Notes: generated by a model from the letters alone, not told the origin. Numbered from the stretch's first letter, positions 21,306 through 32,568 are shown. The stretch: 64,000 bases of DNA from an uncultured delta proteobacterium (GCA_963848135.1 CAWKCK010000018.1:572938-636937); one strand, 5' to 3'. Translations and numbers: made by a program.

Positions 21306-21550
21306 TCTGCAAAATAGCTGCAAAAACCATGCTAATTGAAAGAGTATTGGTTGGGTAAATATAGAAATAATATAAGCAGGTTATTTAATGTGCTACATGG
21401 TAGCAGTATTGAATTGGGAATAAAATTATAGAAATTTATGAAGAGAGTTCCACAATTGTAGTAGCTTTTCAGTATCTGCACAATTGCAAAATTTCAGATA
21501 CGTACAGATAAATCACAAAAATTTTAGCGCTCCAAAATATTCGCCTTTCT

Positions 21551-21744
21551 TGATAATCATCTAAAAGGCACCTCCCAATCGCAAAGGGTATTGCGATTCG
21601 TTATAAAGGGTTAATCCCAAACATAAACCCTATAACGCAGAAGGTGCCTCATGGAACTGTATGCCGGTCTGGATCTTCATTCAAGAAATACGTACATCGG
21701 AATCATGGATGATGCATTTAACCGTGTCTTCAAAAAACGTGTGG
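21551..21744 (+). mobile_element. Truncated second IS1111 copy: left end plus ~31 codons
   Basis: Homologous to 16478-16670; MELYAGLDLH starts at 21651. Confidence 0.88.
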
Positions 21745-21847
21745 CCAATAGCGTAACAATTTGTAATTTAGGCAAATATGTAAATATTGTCTGACTATCT
21801 CAAGCGGATCGACCAGATGATAGCTCAAAAATCATAGCAAATAGAAA
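21745..21847. repeat. ~140-bp intergenic repeat, copy R4 (its TTCTTG lies at 21547-21552)
   Basis: CCAATAGC..GTCTGACTATCTCAAG..ATAGCTCAAAAATCATAGCAAATAGAAAAA; CCA to TAGCA distance is 90 nt. Confidence 0.7.
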
Positions 21848-22129
21848 AATTGTCGCCAGTATTACATGGCCACAACATATTGTCGTTCTGTCAGAATATA
21901 AAAGCGTGGTATTCATTCAAAATACCCCGCTTTTCCTAATTCCTCCACGAATTAAAGTATAGCAGGCTAGTGGACTCGGTGTTTGAACCTTTTTGCGGAG
22001 TTTTAACCGGTTGCGACACACCTTTTTTTCTACCGATGAAAGTATCCATTCATCTCATCACATTTGCCAAATTTTTGAAATTCGGTAATCTATCACCCAG
22101 TCAGGGTACAAATAAACTGAATACTTTTA

Positions 22130-22865
22130 GGGTCTTGACTAGGACAGCGTAACCAAAATACGCTCAATCCCAGTCATGGCAATAAAAAACAAGTATATAA
22201 AGCGTTCAAAGATTACAGAAGCCAAATTCAGGCAATTAGTTAAGTTATTCGCACATGACCTGGATGCACAAACGATTGCCTCTTTAACAAACCTTAATCG
22301 TAATACCGTTAACCGTTACCTGCGGCTCATTCGCAACCGCATAGCCGAGGTATGTGAAACCCAATCGCCGTTTAAAGGCGAAATCGAAGTCGATGAATCA
22401 TACTTCGGTGGTAAACGCATCAAGGGCAAACGCGGCCGCGGTGCTTTTAAGAAAACCCCTGTGTTTGGTATTTTCAAACGTGGCGGCAAAGTCTACACTG
22501 AAATCGTTCCAGATTGCGCTAAAGCCACTTTGCAAGGCATTATCAGGGGACGCGTCGACCCCGATAGCGTTATCCATTCAGATCGCTGGCGCGGTTACAA
22601 CGGACTGGTTGACCTGGGTTACAAAAAGCATTACCGCGTCAGCCATGGTACCAACCAATTTGCCAAGGGGCACAGTCACATCAATGGTATTGAATCCTTC
22701 TGGGCATATGCCAAACACCGTTTGATGAAGTTCCATGGCATTGCTGAATCGACTTTCTACCTACATCTGAAAGAATGCGAATTTAGATTCAATAACCGTA
22801 ACAAAAATATTTACTTATTATTGCTTAAAATGTTTAGAAATAGGCCTCTGTTCTAGTCGAGTCCC
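22130..22865 (+). mobile_element. IS1595-family element (IS1016-like), intact
   Basis: 15-bp imperfect IRs gggtcttgactagga / ttctagtcgagtccc; 8-bp TSD TACTTTTA. Confidence 0.92.
22176..22856 (+). CDS. IS1595-family transposase
   Basis: EVDESYFGG, IHSD, HINGIESFW and LKECEFRFN motifs. Confidence 0.95.
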   Translation: MAIKNKYIKRSKITEAKFRQLVKLFAHDLDAQTIASLTNLNRNTVNRYLRLIRNRIAEVCETQSPFKGEIEVDESYFGGKRIKGKRGRGAFKKTPVFGIFKRGGKVYTEIVPDCAKATLQGIIRGRVDPDSVIHSDRWRGYNGLVDLGYKKHYRVSHGTNQFAKGHSHINGIESFWAYAKHRLMKFHGIAESTFYLHLKECEFRFNNRNKNIYLLLLKMFRNRPLF

Positions 22866-23077
22866 TACTTTTAAATTTGGTGCCCATCAATCAGCCAAAT
22901 TGCCAGTCTGCCGAGCAACACAAGGTCCACTGTATAACCTTTTCGTGGGATAGTGATAACACATCTTGTTTGACCATTGTAAGCCGGATACTATCCAAAA
23001 AGCGGCTCGCTCGAATCCTCACAATACGTAAATATTTAGTCACCCTCAAATATTCGTTGACATGAAATCGTTATATT

Positions 23078-23103
23078 TGTTATGCATCATACGATGCATA
23101 ACA
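23078..23103. promoter_or_regulatory. Probable TetR operator, downstream of TTGACA (23057)
   Basis: Perfect inverted repeat tgttatgcatc-atac-gatgcataaca upstream of tetR. Confidence 0.6.
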
Positions 23104-23143
23104 TGTGATGTAAAACACCGCCCAAATTCAAGGAATCGGAATT

Positions 23144-23731
23144 ATGCCCCCAAAGTTGAAATTTACCAAAAAGGAACTGATCGATGCGGCACTCAATCTG
23201 GTCCGAAAAAATGGATGGTCAGCGCTAACCACGCGATCACTGGCTGATGAACTCGGAACTTCTGCACGGCCTATCTATTCGCATTTTAATTCTATGGAGG
23301 ATTTAGAAGAAGAAATCGCGAAGAAGGGCGTTGATTTGCTTTACAGGTGCATGATCCAAGAAAGAACCGGTGATTCTTGGCATGATCATGGAATCGGCTA
23401 TGTTATATTTGCTCAGGATGAAAATCGCCTGTTCTTAGGCTTGAACGACGAAAAGCACATAAAATATTTTAAAGCATACGGCGAAGTGATTTGGGATACC
23501 CTCACCAAATCTCTATCAGATTACCCGCCGTTTCAAGGGCTTTCTGAAGATCAAATATATCAAGTTCAGTTGACCCGTTGGCTAATGGCACACGGTCTGG
23601 CATTTCAAGTGGCCAACCACCCACCAGAAGTATGGGAAGGAAATATTACTATTACCATGCAACAGGGCAGCATAGCTATCCTTGAAGGCTTAAAGCAGCA
23701 GTTCAATTTAAAAGATGAATCAATACCTTAG
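23144..23731 (+). CDS. TetR/AcrR family regulator
   Basis: N-terminal HTH: LTTRSLADELGTSARPIYSHF. Confidence 0.9.
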   Translation: MPPKLKFTKKELIDAALNLVRKNGWSALTTRSLADELGTSARPIYSHFNSMEDLEEEIAKKGVDLLYRCMIQERTGDSWHDHGIGYVIFAQDENRLFLGLNDEKHIKYFKAYGEVIWDTLTKSLSDYPPFQGLSEDQIYQVQLTRWLMAHGLAFQVANHPPEVWEGNITITMQQGSIAILEGLKQQFNLKDESIP

Positions 23732-23776
23732 TGGGAACCGCAACATTATAAATGTACCTTAAAAAGGAGATCTCCC

Positions 23777-25096
23777 GTGCAAAAAGTGGCCGAAAAAACG
23801 TTTGGTAGCCTGGTCGAACATTATCTGGGGAACCGTTTGCCTGACGAGTTGGCAGCATCCGTTTCGCTGTCTGAGCTTTCGGAAGAAGCACAAGGTTTTA
23901 CGCAAAGGGCGTTGTCTCTAATGAAACGTTCCGGGTATTCTGTAACCGAGTTTAATCCACACCTTATCCATTGGTTGTCTGTCACGGTACCAAGCTCACT
24001 GCCAGGTGCATGGGGAGGGCGAATCCCGCCATTGACGTTACCGAGTCGTCATAAAAAACTCGATAACTATGTGGCCAACTTGGCACTGAGTTCAGATGAG
24101 GAACCATCCCATTATTTAGATGTGGGGTGCGGTTTCCCACCGGTAACAACGGCTGATACCGCCATTAAACTAAAGGGTTGGCATGTATACGGTATTGATC
24201 GCCTATTTGCTGATTATGTATTGTACGATAGCGATGGGCACTACGCGTGCTTTGACCATGATGGGAAATTTATATATTCCCAAGGGCAAATGAGTGCCAG
24301 CGGGAGAGCTCTATACGCAGACCCTAAGGCGACCAGGAACCGATTCAACGCCATTTTTGAAGATCTTCATCCCCTTTTGCAACAATCCAACGGTACCAAA
24401 AGCGAATCTGTCGAAAAAGACGGTAACAGGCTCATCCATCATCATATTCGGGATTTCGAGCAGGAAAACCTTACTTTTATCAAATCTGATTTCTCGGATA
24501 TCAAACTCCAACCAATAAAGGTGATCCGTTGTATGAATGTTCTCATTTACTATAATCCTGTTATCAGAAAAAAGATGCTGCGGCAGGTTGGTCAACTTCT
24601 CGATGATGACGGCATTCTTATCGCTGGGACCAATGGCCTCGGAATACAAACAAGATATGCTGTCTACAGAAAGGACCCGGATGGACTAAGGATGGATGAG
24701 TTCGCTTTTAGTCTGGATAATATTGGTCATCTCGTCTTTATGCCATTTTTTTCGATTCATGAAAACGATCCGGAGGGTATGTTATTGGCTGAATTGGCAA
24801 ATGTGACTAGATCGGACCATTATTTTTGGACAGATTTCAGTCATCGACAGGATGAGCTGTTGAAACAGTTTGGAATTTGCCAAAGAAGATCAGATGGTTT
24901 TTTAGATTTTATAAACGCTGGAATGCCCTTAGGAGAATATTTACAGTTAAACGCATTACTTTGGCAAAATATGGAAGAAGAAGGTTATACTGACCAAGCA
25001 GTGAATGCTCTTGATCAATCTGGTTACGATGCATGGAATAACTCGGTAGGTGATATCGCGATTCGGCCCAAGGAAGAGTTTGTTGCTAATCCATAG
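23777..25096 (+). CDS. Putative SAM-dependent methyltransferase
   Basis: LDVGCG motif I; CheR-like VIRCMNVLIYY. Confidence 0.6.
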   Translation: MQKVAEKTFGSLVEHYLGNRLPDELAASVSLSELSEEAQGFTQRALSLMKRSGYSVTEFNPHLIHWLSVTVPSSLPGAWGGRIPPLTLPSRHKKLDNYVANLALSSDEEPSHYLDVGCGFPPVTTADTAIKLKGWHVYGIDRLFADYVLYDSDGHYACFDHDGKFIYSQGQMSASGRALYADPKATRNRFNAIFEDLHPLLQQSNGTKSESVEKDGNRLIHHHIRDFEQENLTFIKSDFSDIKLQPIKVIRCMNVLIYYNPVIRKKMLRQVGQLLDDDGILIAGTNGLGIQTRYAVYRKDPDGLRMDEFAFSLDNIGHLVFMPFFSIHENDPEGMLLAELANVTRSDHYFWTDFSHRQDELLKQFGICQRRSDGFLDFINAGMPLGEYLQLNALLWQNMEEEGYTDQAVNALDQSGYDAWNNSVGDIAIRPKEEFVANP

Positions 25097-25187
25097 ATAC
25101 CAGAATGCTACATATATATTACCCAAAGAGAACTTATGTCGCTATCCACTGAGAACCTCAATTTGCTCGAATTGAAGGAGGTGCCAA

Positions 25188-26318
25188 ATGAATAGCCGGA
25201 TTCTTTTTTTTGCTATAGGCGTACTGGGGTTAGTGCTTTCTTTGCAACAGGAAGACATAAAGGCATGTACCACCTTTCAGCTAAATCATGAGGGGAATAT
25301 TTTTGTGGGAAAGAACTATGATTGGATGGTGGAAGGCGGTTTGATCATAGTCAATAAACGAGGAGTTACCAAAACCGCTATGGAATCCACAGCTGATAAT
25401 AGCGGTCTTGGCACACCGGCAAGGTGGACGTCCAAATACGGAAGTGTAACGTTTGCTCAATATGGCCGTGAATTGATCCCCGGAGGAATGAATGAGGCAG
25501 GCCTGGTATTAGAATCGATGGGGTTGTTTCGAAATACCCCAAACAGAAAATATCCCGATCCGGATGCGAGGGTTTCTATCCTTGTGCAGCAATGGCGGCA
25601 GTATCAACTAGACAATTTTGCCAGTGTAAAAGAAGTTATTGAAAGTGATGCTTATCTTAGGATAAGACCCAAAAAAGGGATTCATTCTCACTTCATTATC
25701 AGCGACAAGGAGGGCAATTGCGCAACCATTGAGTTTCTTGACGGCAAAATGGTCTGTCATACCAACGATACATTGCCTCATCGGGTATTGACCAACAATA
25801 CATATGACGTATCGACTGGTTACCTTAAGATAAATAAAATTCCAGAACCGGACAGATTTAAATCCATTGAACGGTTCATTGCTGCATCGAAGATGGTTCA
25901 AAACTACAAACCTGAAGCTGCGGAATCACCGGTTGATTATGCATTTAACATTCTTAAGAGCGTCAGTTGGAGCGCAAATCGGGAATGGAAGGGAACGCCC
26001 TATACAGTTAACACGAGGTGGAGTATTGTCTACGATCAGAATAATTTGTGTATCTATTTTCTAACCCATAGCAATCAGAGGATTCGAAAAGTTCAATTAA
26101 AGTCGTTTGATTTTTCATGCGCAACGCCAGTTGAAATTTACGACATCACCTCCAACGTATCAGGGGACGTATCCAAAAAATTTGTAGATTACACTCAGCA
26201 AAGTAATCGGAAGTTGATTGAAAACGCTTTCACAAAGACCTTGTTCTTGCCAAAATTTTCTGTCGAACAACTGGATGCCCTATCTAAATACCCTGACACT
26301 TTTGTATGTGAGAATTAG
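25188..26318 (+). CDS. Linear amide C-N hydrolase (choloylglycine hydrolase / penicillin V acylase family)
   Basis: Signal peptide followed by Cys nucleophile (CTTF); GKNYDW; GMNEAGL; LTN. Confidence 0.88.
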   Translation: MNSRILFFAIGVLGLVLSLQQEDIKACTTFQLNHEGNIFVGKNYDWMVEGGLIIVNKRGVTKTAMESTADNSGLGTPARWTSKYGSVTFAQYGRELIPGGMNEAGLVLESMGLFRNTPNRKYPDPDARVSILVQQWRQYQLDNFASVKEVIESDAYLRIRPKKGIHSHFIISDKEGNCATIEFLDGKMVCHTNDTLPHRVLTNNTYDVSTGYLKINKIPEPDRFKSIERFIAASKMVQNYKPEAAESPVDYAFNILKSVSWSANREWKGTPYTVNTRWSIVYDQNNLCIYFLTHSNQRIRKVQLKSFDFSCATPVEIYDITSNVSGDVSKKFVDYTQQSNRKLIENAFTKTLFLPKFSVEQLDALSKYPDTFVCEN

Positions 26319-26486
26319 TTGAATTATCAATAAACGAAATCAACTTCCCATTGCGGAAACATAAAGAAGGCAGGACCTCTAACGAGACTCTGCCCTTTTT
26401 TGACTGGTACCCCCCCTACCAGCCCCCTATAAACACAAAAAGGGCGCTCTACCCGTATACCGGATAAACCGCCCTTCCCAAAATCT

Positions 26487-26765
26487 TTACAACTTAACAG
26501 CCGCGCTGAGTTTCTTCCCGGCTTTGAATTTCACAGCATTTCTGGCCTTGATCTTGATGGCTTCGCCGGTCTGCGGGTGCCGCCCCTTGCGCGCCTTCCG
26601 GCGTGTTTTTTGGAATGTACCGAAGCCCACTAGCGTCACCCGGCTGTCCTTCTTTTTAAGAGCCTTGGTGACCCCGTCCGTAAAGGATGCAAGGGCTTTT
26701 CCCGCCGCAGCCTTTGAAATCCCCGCGTCCTTTGCCATCTACTCGACCAATTCAGCTTTCGTCAT
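26487..26765 (-). pseudogene. hup: HU family DNA-binding protein with an amber stop at codon 9
   Basis: MTKAELVE*MAKDAGISK..LVGFGTF..GRHPQTG; TAG at 26739-26741. Confidence 0.85.
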
Positions 26766-26772
26766 CTAATTT

Positions 26773-27848
26773 CCTGCGTCGGGGCCGTCTGTGGACGAAG
26801 AACAATATCCTTACCATCACCGGTGATGAATCCTATGTGGGTCGGTACTACTTTAACAAAACCAGTGGGCGTGAAAAGAAGCCGAACCCGAAATCTGAAT
26901 GGATACTCATCCCCTTAAAGCCGATTATAGATGAGTCCACCTGGAACCGGGCCAAATCTCTGAAGGAGAGTCGCAATCCGATCACGGCCCGGGTCAATCC
27001 CTCGGCCACAACCTCAAAAACCCTTCTTACCGGTATAGCCAAGTGCGGCCTGTGCGGGGCCAGTTTCGCTCTTGAAACCGCTAAAGGTGGTAGGTACACC
27101 TATTACAACTGTGCCAATTATTTCCGCAAAGGCAAAGCCACCTGCCCGGGCCAGCGCATCGCCGCCGACAAGCTGGAGGCGGCGGTCATTGACCACCTAA
27201 CTGCCCGATTGTTTTCCAGGAGCCGAATCAAGAAGCTCCTTGCAGGCGCGCACAAACAACTCGGTCGTGCAAGCAAAAAAGCCGATGCAAGCCACAATCG
27301 GTTGATTGTTGATTGGTCAACTCAATGATGTAAAGCACCGGTTGACCCGGCAATACGAGGCCATCGAATCAGGCTAACTGGAGCTTGAGCTTGTCGCCGA
27401 ACGGATCCGGGAGCTGAAGAACAAAAAGGACACGCTCGAGAGTTCCATCGACCGATTGAGCCGAACGAAGCCCCCTCCCCCGCATCTATTCCGGGACGAA
27501 ACAATCGTGCAGTTTCAAGAAATTGTAGACGGCGCGTCCCGCAATGGGTCCAACCTCCGGACAGTGAAGCGCTATCTGCGATTGTTCATAGAGAGGATCA
27601 CGATCAGGCTGCCGGTGGTGGAAATTGAGGCGAACACGAAGGGTATTTTGGCGACCATACAAAATAAAAAAGCTGTAAGAGCCGAAGTTCTTACAGCAAG
27701 TATTCCTTGGCTCACCGAGGGCTACGAATGTGAGAACATAAAATACGCATTTATTTTATATGGTTACGATGATAGGGTTATTCCCAGACCAAAGGTTTCC
27801 CAATTATCCGGTCAAATTCCTTCATGTAGACACCACCGAGCAATTTAA
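26773..27848 (+). pseudogene. Large serine recombinase, 3' part, frameshifted (copy 1)
   Basis: LLTGIAKCGLCG zinc ribbon and YYNC; 26773-27713 is a near-identical copy of 47983-48915. Confidence 0.85.
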
Positions 27849-27933
27849 CACGAAAATTTGAATTCAAATACAATCTGCCAAACTATATATACCATCTGTA
27901 TTTATCTGTGCTTTGGCTACTATGCAGATACTT

Positions 27934-27983
27934 ATATGATATCATAAGTTTCGCAGATTCTCCGCTGACCACAACATCTTGGG
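27934..27983. repeat. 50-bp repeat with an inverted copy at 46513-46562
   Basis: atatgatatca.aagtttcgcaga.tctc.gctgaccacaa.atcttggg, 4 mismatches. Confidence 0.8.
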
Positions 27984-28344
27984 GTGCTCCGGAGTTGGCA
28001 TCAGGTCAAAATAATGGCAAGATATTTTTACCAATGTATTACCTTGTGGTATTGACAACTGAATCATTATTGGGTTATTCGTTTTAAGGGGAGATCCAGA
28101 TCGATTCCGACATCGACACTAATTAAAAACTGAAGCTCATTTAACTAAACCACTTAATTTCTAACTACCTAGTCCACATCCTATTCAGTTAGCCACTTCC
28201 CTTTCTCATTAATAAAAAACTTCGATTTACAGGTTAACCATAACCTTTTGGCTGTTGGATGTTCTCTGGCACTGGAGGAGGTGATGCCAAAATATTTCTA
28301 AATACATTGGATATCCAATTTTTTGAAAAAGGAGGATTGCATTC

Positions 28345-29043
28345 ATGCATGAACAACAAAAAAGCAATTTCAAAATAATCGTACAATTGACCAATCGAAT
28401 GTCATTGGCAATCTTAGTAGGTATAATATCTTTATTTTTATTGGCCGAATCAAAAACTCAAGCGGCAACTTTGCTCATGGGTGAAGGGACTGGCCTTCGT
28501 GGCTATGATGGCACAGTAGGCGTTCAGTTTACCGTGAAATCTGTTCCCTTACTGGTAACAAGTATAGGTCTTTGGGATGGACCAAACCCCAGTGGGACCG
28601 AAGGAGACGGGCTGCAAGTAGGAGCAGACGTCGGCATATGGGACAACAGCGGTAGCCTTTTGGCAAGTGTATCAATCTCGGCAGGTAGCATGGGTTCTTT
28701 CGTTGACGGATCAAGTGCGTCCAGTGTCTTCGCTCCTTTAATTACACCAGTAACTCTAAGTGCAGACTCAACTTACATAATCGGTGCATTTTATACGAGC
28801 GGAGGCAATGCTTTTACTAATAACCCTAGTGCAACAGCGTTATTCAGCACTTCGGTAAACGTAACAGCTGGTAAATTCAATAACAATAGTAGCAGCTTAG
28901 CTTTTCCAAACTTATCTGATCCCAATAATCTTTTTGGTTCAGCGACGATGAGGTTTTCAGAGGTACCTATCCCGGGTGCAGTCTGGCTGCTTGGCACTGG
29001 TTTGGTCTGTGTTATAGGATTTAGAAGGAAATTTAAGAAATAG
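28345..29043 (+). CDS. VPLPA-CTERM (PEP-CTERM-like) exosortase substrate
   Basis: Signal peptide; C-terminal VPIPGAVWLLGTGLVCVIGFRRKFKK. Confidence 0.85.
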   Translation: MHEQQKSNFKIIVQLTNRMSLAILVGIISLFLLAESKTQAATLLMGEGTGLRGYDGTVGVQFTVKSVPLLVTSIGLWDGPNPSGTEGDGLQVGADVGIWDNSGSLLASVSISAGSMGSFVDGSSASSVFAPLITPVTLSADSTYIIGAFYTSGGNAFTNNPSATALFSTSVNVTAGKFNNNSSSLAFPNLSDPNNLFGSATMRFSEVPIPGAVWLLGTGLVCVIGFRRKFKK

Positions 29044-29065
29044 ATTCGGTCGACATTAAAATAAA

Positions 29066-29100
29066 AAGCAGGGCCAGTAAAGGCTCTGCCTTTTTATTTT
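29066..29100 (+). terminator. Rho-independent terminator
   Basis: gcagggcc-agtaaa-ggctctgc followed by a T run. Confidence 0.6.
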
Positions 29101-29643
29101 GAAATATTACCAATGATGGATTCTAATAATAGACTCAATGTATCTGCTGATATGTTTGAAAGTGTCAATTAGAAAATACTGGTCCATCCCTATTTTGACA
29201 TGGGGCATATTTAATCCTCCCGGCTCAAGAGGGCGATTTTTAGCGCGGATGATACACGCTCCTGGGTTTTCAGGGGTAAGTACTTCGGAGCTGTCCTCTC
29301 ATTATTAACGGGCCAAGCAACCAGGATTCTCCTTTAGACCTCTTGAAGCTGGAAAAACCGGTAACGGGCGCATAACGGTTTGGCTTTCATATATCGCACA
29401 TTGGTAATCCTGCTGACGGCATTTAAGAAGTATTATAGATTTTCGTGCTGGCATTTTATAGGTCCAGGCCGCTTCAAAACCGCCCTAGCCCCGGCGGATT
29501 TTTACCACTGGATATGCTCTGAAGGGATGTCCCAGATAATAGCTGCTTGGGGTTGGATCAACCGAAAACGATAAATTGAACCCACATAGGGTGCCCGGTT
29601 AACCACTGGTCAACATGCACTTGTATTTGTTGGGTGACTTCAT

Positions 29644-30295
29644 TTACCAGAAGCTGATTTTTGCGAGCCCATGATAAAAGCCCTTTATCCAATGCCTCTT
29701 ACCGCTGTAGGTGATCCCATGACGCAGTAAAAATGATAGGAGTCGTTGGCGAGCTTTACGTTCGATGCGCCTGATGTCATCCCTGCAGCGGACAAGATCC
29801 CTGATGGCTTCATCTTCAACGGTCGGTACATAAATGCTGGTCAACTCACCGGCCCGATATAACCTTACCAGGTTGATGGCATCGCGACGGTCGGTTTTGA
29901 TCCGATCGCCACTTCTTCTGGGAATCATGGAAGGGGCAACCACAGAGCAGCTGATGTTTTTGGAAGCAAGGTGCCGGTAAATCTGGTAGCCACATGGTCC
30001 GGCTTCGTATACAAATCGAAGCTCGATATTGGTGCCTTTTAACTTCTCAATTAGCTTGTCCAGTGCATCGAGAGTGCTGTTAATTTTGCCATAGGATCTC
30101 ACCTTACCGTTTGACCGGCTGTTTGTTATTGCAGCATCTATGGTATTTTTGTGGACATCCAAACCAACATATAATATTTTCTTTTTCATGGTCTGCCTCC
30201 TTGGTTATGGCTCTGAGCCGTTATGACCCAATTAGGTCCCACAGCTTAACCCACGTCGCAAGGGGCAGACCATACTCTTTCAAACATTATGTCTA
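29644..30295 (-). mobile_element. Truncated IS110-family element: N-terminal transposase 29644..30189 plus structured leader
   Basis: VGLDVHK, YEAGPCG and KTDRRDA motifs; leader stem ggtctgcc/ggcagacc. Confidence 0.85.
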
Positions 30296-30328
30296 TTAAG
30301 CGAAACTTTTAAGATCTTCGAAACAAAG

Positions 30329-30393
30329 AAGGCCAACTACCAGATGTTGTAGTTGGCCTTTTTCCCTTTAAATCTACGATAAGATCAATCTAT
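30329..30393. repeat. ~65-bp hairpin-containing repeat with an inverted copy at 40664-40727
   Basis: aaggccaactac-N8-gt(a/g)gttggcctt plus a shared flank. Confidence 0.8.
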
Positions 30394-30525
30394 CTTTATA
30401 AAATTGGTCCCCTTAATAGTGCAGATAGTGATAAACGTATCGCAACTCAGCGTTTTGTCGGTTAAAGTTGAAGCTTTATTTGAAGAGTCACAGATTGAGT
30501 CTTGGTTATTGCAAATTATTTATTT

Positions 30526-31530
30526 CTAAAAAGAACCGAAATATAATATCAAGCTCTCCACCAGTTCCGCCATGAAGCCGTAGTCCAGTTTTTCCATGGT
30601 ATCTAAAGACGTATGATAATGGGGATTGCGGTAAAACGCGGAATCGGTAATCATTACGGCTTTAAACCCCTGATCCCAGAACGACGCGTGATCGCTGAGT
30701 CTTACTGTCGGCAAAATCCGACCATTCAAGGGAACACTGAGTTTCACAACTGGCAATTCCCGGTTTTTGGAGAATTCTTTGACGAGTGCATTTGTGAACT
30801 CTTTTGATTTGGTGTTGCCGACAATTCCGATAAAATTGCCTTCCTTGGGATAACCGAATAACATCAGCGGAAACGGGTATCCCTGGCAACCCTTTTCATA
30901 GCAGGCATAACCCACCATCTCCAGACAGATCATGCCATCAATTTGTTCGTTATCTTTACGAACCTTTCTGGCATACACCCGGCTGCCCATGTAACGAGTA
31001 CCGTAGACCGGCGGTTCCTCTAAGGCAAAAGAAACAAACTTGACGGATAGATCCAGTTTTTGGCTATCGATCATCGATTTCAGCAGTCGTGCGGTTTCCA
31101 ACTGCACGGCCACCGCACTGGCATTATCATCGGCGCCCACTGTGCCAATCACGGAATCATAATGGGCACCAACCACAAATCGATTTTTGGCCCGGCTATC
31201 GGAAGTTATTTCGGCAACGACATTGGAAACGGTGCTGTTCTGATAGTTGTATGGTTCCCGGTGCACCGGTACACCCAGGTTTTGATAAAACGATTCAATG
31301 TAATCCGCCGTTCTGTTGAGATTTTCAGGAACCCCCAAACTGCGCTCGCCAATGGTGACGGTGAGTTCCTTCAAATGAGCTTTAACCCTATCAGCAGTAT
31401 GTTCAATGTCGATCATAACGTTGTTCCTGTTTTGTGCCAGAGCGGTAATATTCCATGAAGATGCGTGCATCATTAGAATATTGATGAAGATGACACAGCT
31501 GTATCTGAATATAAACATAACAGTTTCCAC
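30526..31530 (-). CDS. M28 family peptidase (start uncertain)
   Basis: GAHYD, GADDNAS, LEEPP, LEM, SDH and YHT motifs. Confidence 0.9.
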   Translation of the reverse strand: METVMFIFRYSCVIFINILMMHASSWNITALAQNRNNVMIDIEHTADRVKAHLKELTVTIGERSLGVPENLNRTADYIESFYQNLGVPVHREPYNYQNSTVSNVVAEITSDSRAKNRFVVGAHYDSVIGTVGADDNASAVAVQLETARLLKSMIDSQKLDLSVKFVSFALEEPPVYGTRYMGSRVYARKVRKDNEQIDGMICLEMVGYACYEKGCQGYPFPLMLFGYPKEGNFIGIVGNTKSKEFTNALVKEFSKNRELPVVKLSVPLNGRILPTVRLSDHASFWDQGFKAVMITDSAFYRNPHYHTSLDTMEKLDYGFMAELVESLILYFGSF

Positions 31531-31943
31531 AATATGTCATACCAACCAAACTACTGATCAAAAAATTGGTTTAGTTCATGATTCTTGTTACCATTGAATC
31601 ATCTTGCCAATCGGACACTCTTGTGTCGTGTCGCTTCAATTAAACATCCCATCCAGCAGCCAATACCCGCTCAACGTTCACAGCGTGCAACCACATCCCT
31701 CTCTTAACCTTTTCGGGTCCTCCGGAATATATAAAAGGCTGTGGGTCGGCAACGCCCAGGATTTTCACACTTAAAAATTTTCTTAATTATATACAATAGG
31801 ATCCTCAGGATCCGGATACCATCGCAACACTTACAACTTCAACAAACAGGGACCGAGGCTAATTTTATGCAGGCCGAGGTCGATAGGATAATTTTTTATT
31901 TTAGAAATGTTATAAACCTTTGACGTGAACTGACGGCAGAAAA

Positions 31944-32048
31944 GTTACGGTACGAAATGGCTATCACTTACCCATATCAGAGGGTAGAACTTTTGTTAGA
32001 TAGCAGATAGAAAAACTTCGGTTCTGTTCAAGCTTTGTTGGAGATATC
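31944..32048. repeat. ~140-bp intergenic repeat, degenerate copy R5
   Basis: gttacg.ta.ga..tggctatcac-N19-gaacttt..ttagatagcag aligns without gaps to 18060-18116 joined to 19975. Confidence 0.7.
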
Positions 32049-32097
32049 AAAAGGTTCCAAGGAAAATAAATACGGGTATTTACTGTATTAGAAATTG

Positions 32098-32568
32098 TTA
32101 TTTAATTTTCGTCATTTCGATTTTATTAATAGACGTCGGTCGTTTAAATGTGCCTTTAATCTTATTTAAATTTTCTTCCATACTAAAAATGAACCAATAT
32201 TTTTCATGACGGCCAAATTCAATCTGCAAGTTTTCAGGCTTTACAATCGCCTTGTATCTCTCATAGCCCGCTGGCACATTGTAATACCCTTTCATCTCTC
32301 CTTGGCAGTAAATAACTTTTGCTTCTTTAGAATTAATTTCTTCCACAACCAAGACTGATTCTACGCCATCAATACCCCATTCTCCCTCCCAAACTCCAGA
32401 AAATGCGGCTATCTTCTTTGGGACATCTTTACCACATGCGATAATTTTTATGTCGTCTGGGAGAGGAACATCTACATTTATTGTTTTTATTTCATCGGCA
32501 TATATAATTCCGTATCCTAAGATTAGAATAATGCAGACAAATAAAAAAAAAACTTGTGTCTTTTTCAA
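32098..32568 (-). CDS. Hypothetical exported protein
   Basis: 156 aa; signal peptide; AAFSGVWEGEW. Confidence 0.65.
   Translation of the reverse strand: MKKTQVFFLFVCIILILGYGIIYADEIKTINVDVPLPDDIKIIACGKDVPKKIAAFSGVWEGEWGIDGVESVLVVEEINSKEAKVIYCQGEMKGYYNVPAGYERYKAIVKPENLQIEFGRHEKYWFIFSMEENLNKIKGTFKRPTSINKIEMTKIK

Noticed and set aside
5049..26741. In-frame TAG codons (5049, 26739) as pyrrolysine read-through
   Set aside because: No pyl genes in the window; neighbouring genes also carry TAA stops and frameshifts, consistent with decay.
20022..29276. 15-bp match ctgggttttcagggg at ~20022 and ~29262
   Set aside because: It could not be extended by eye and may be chance.
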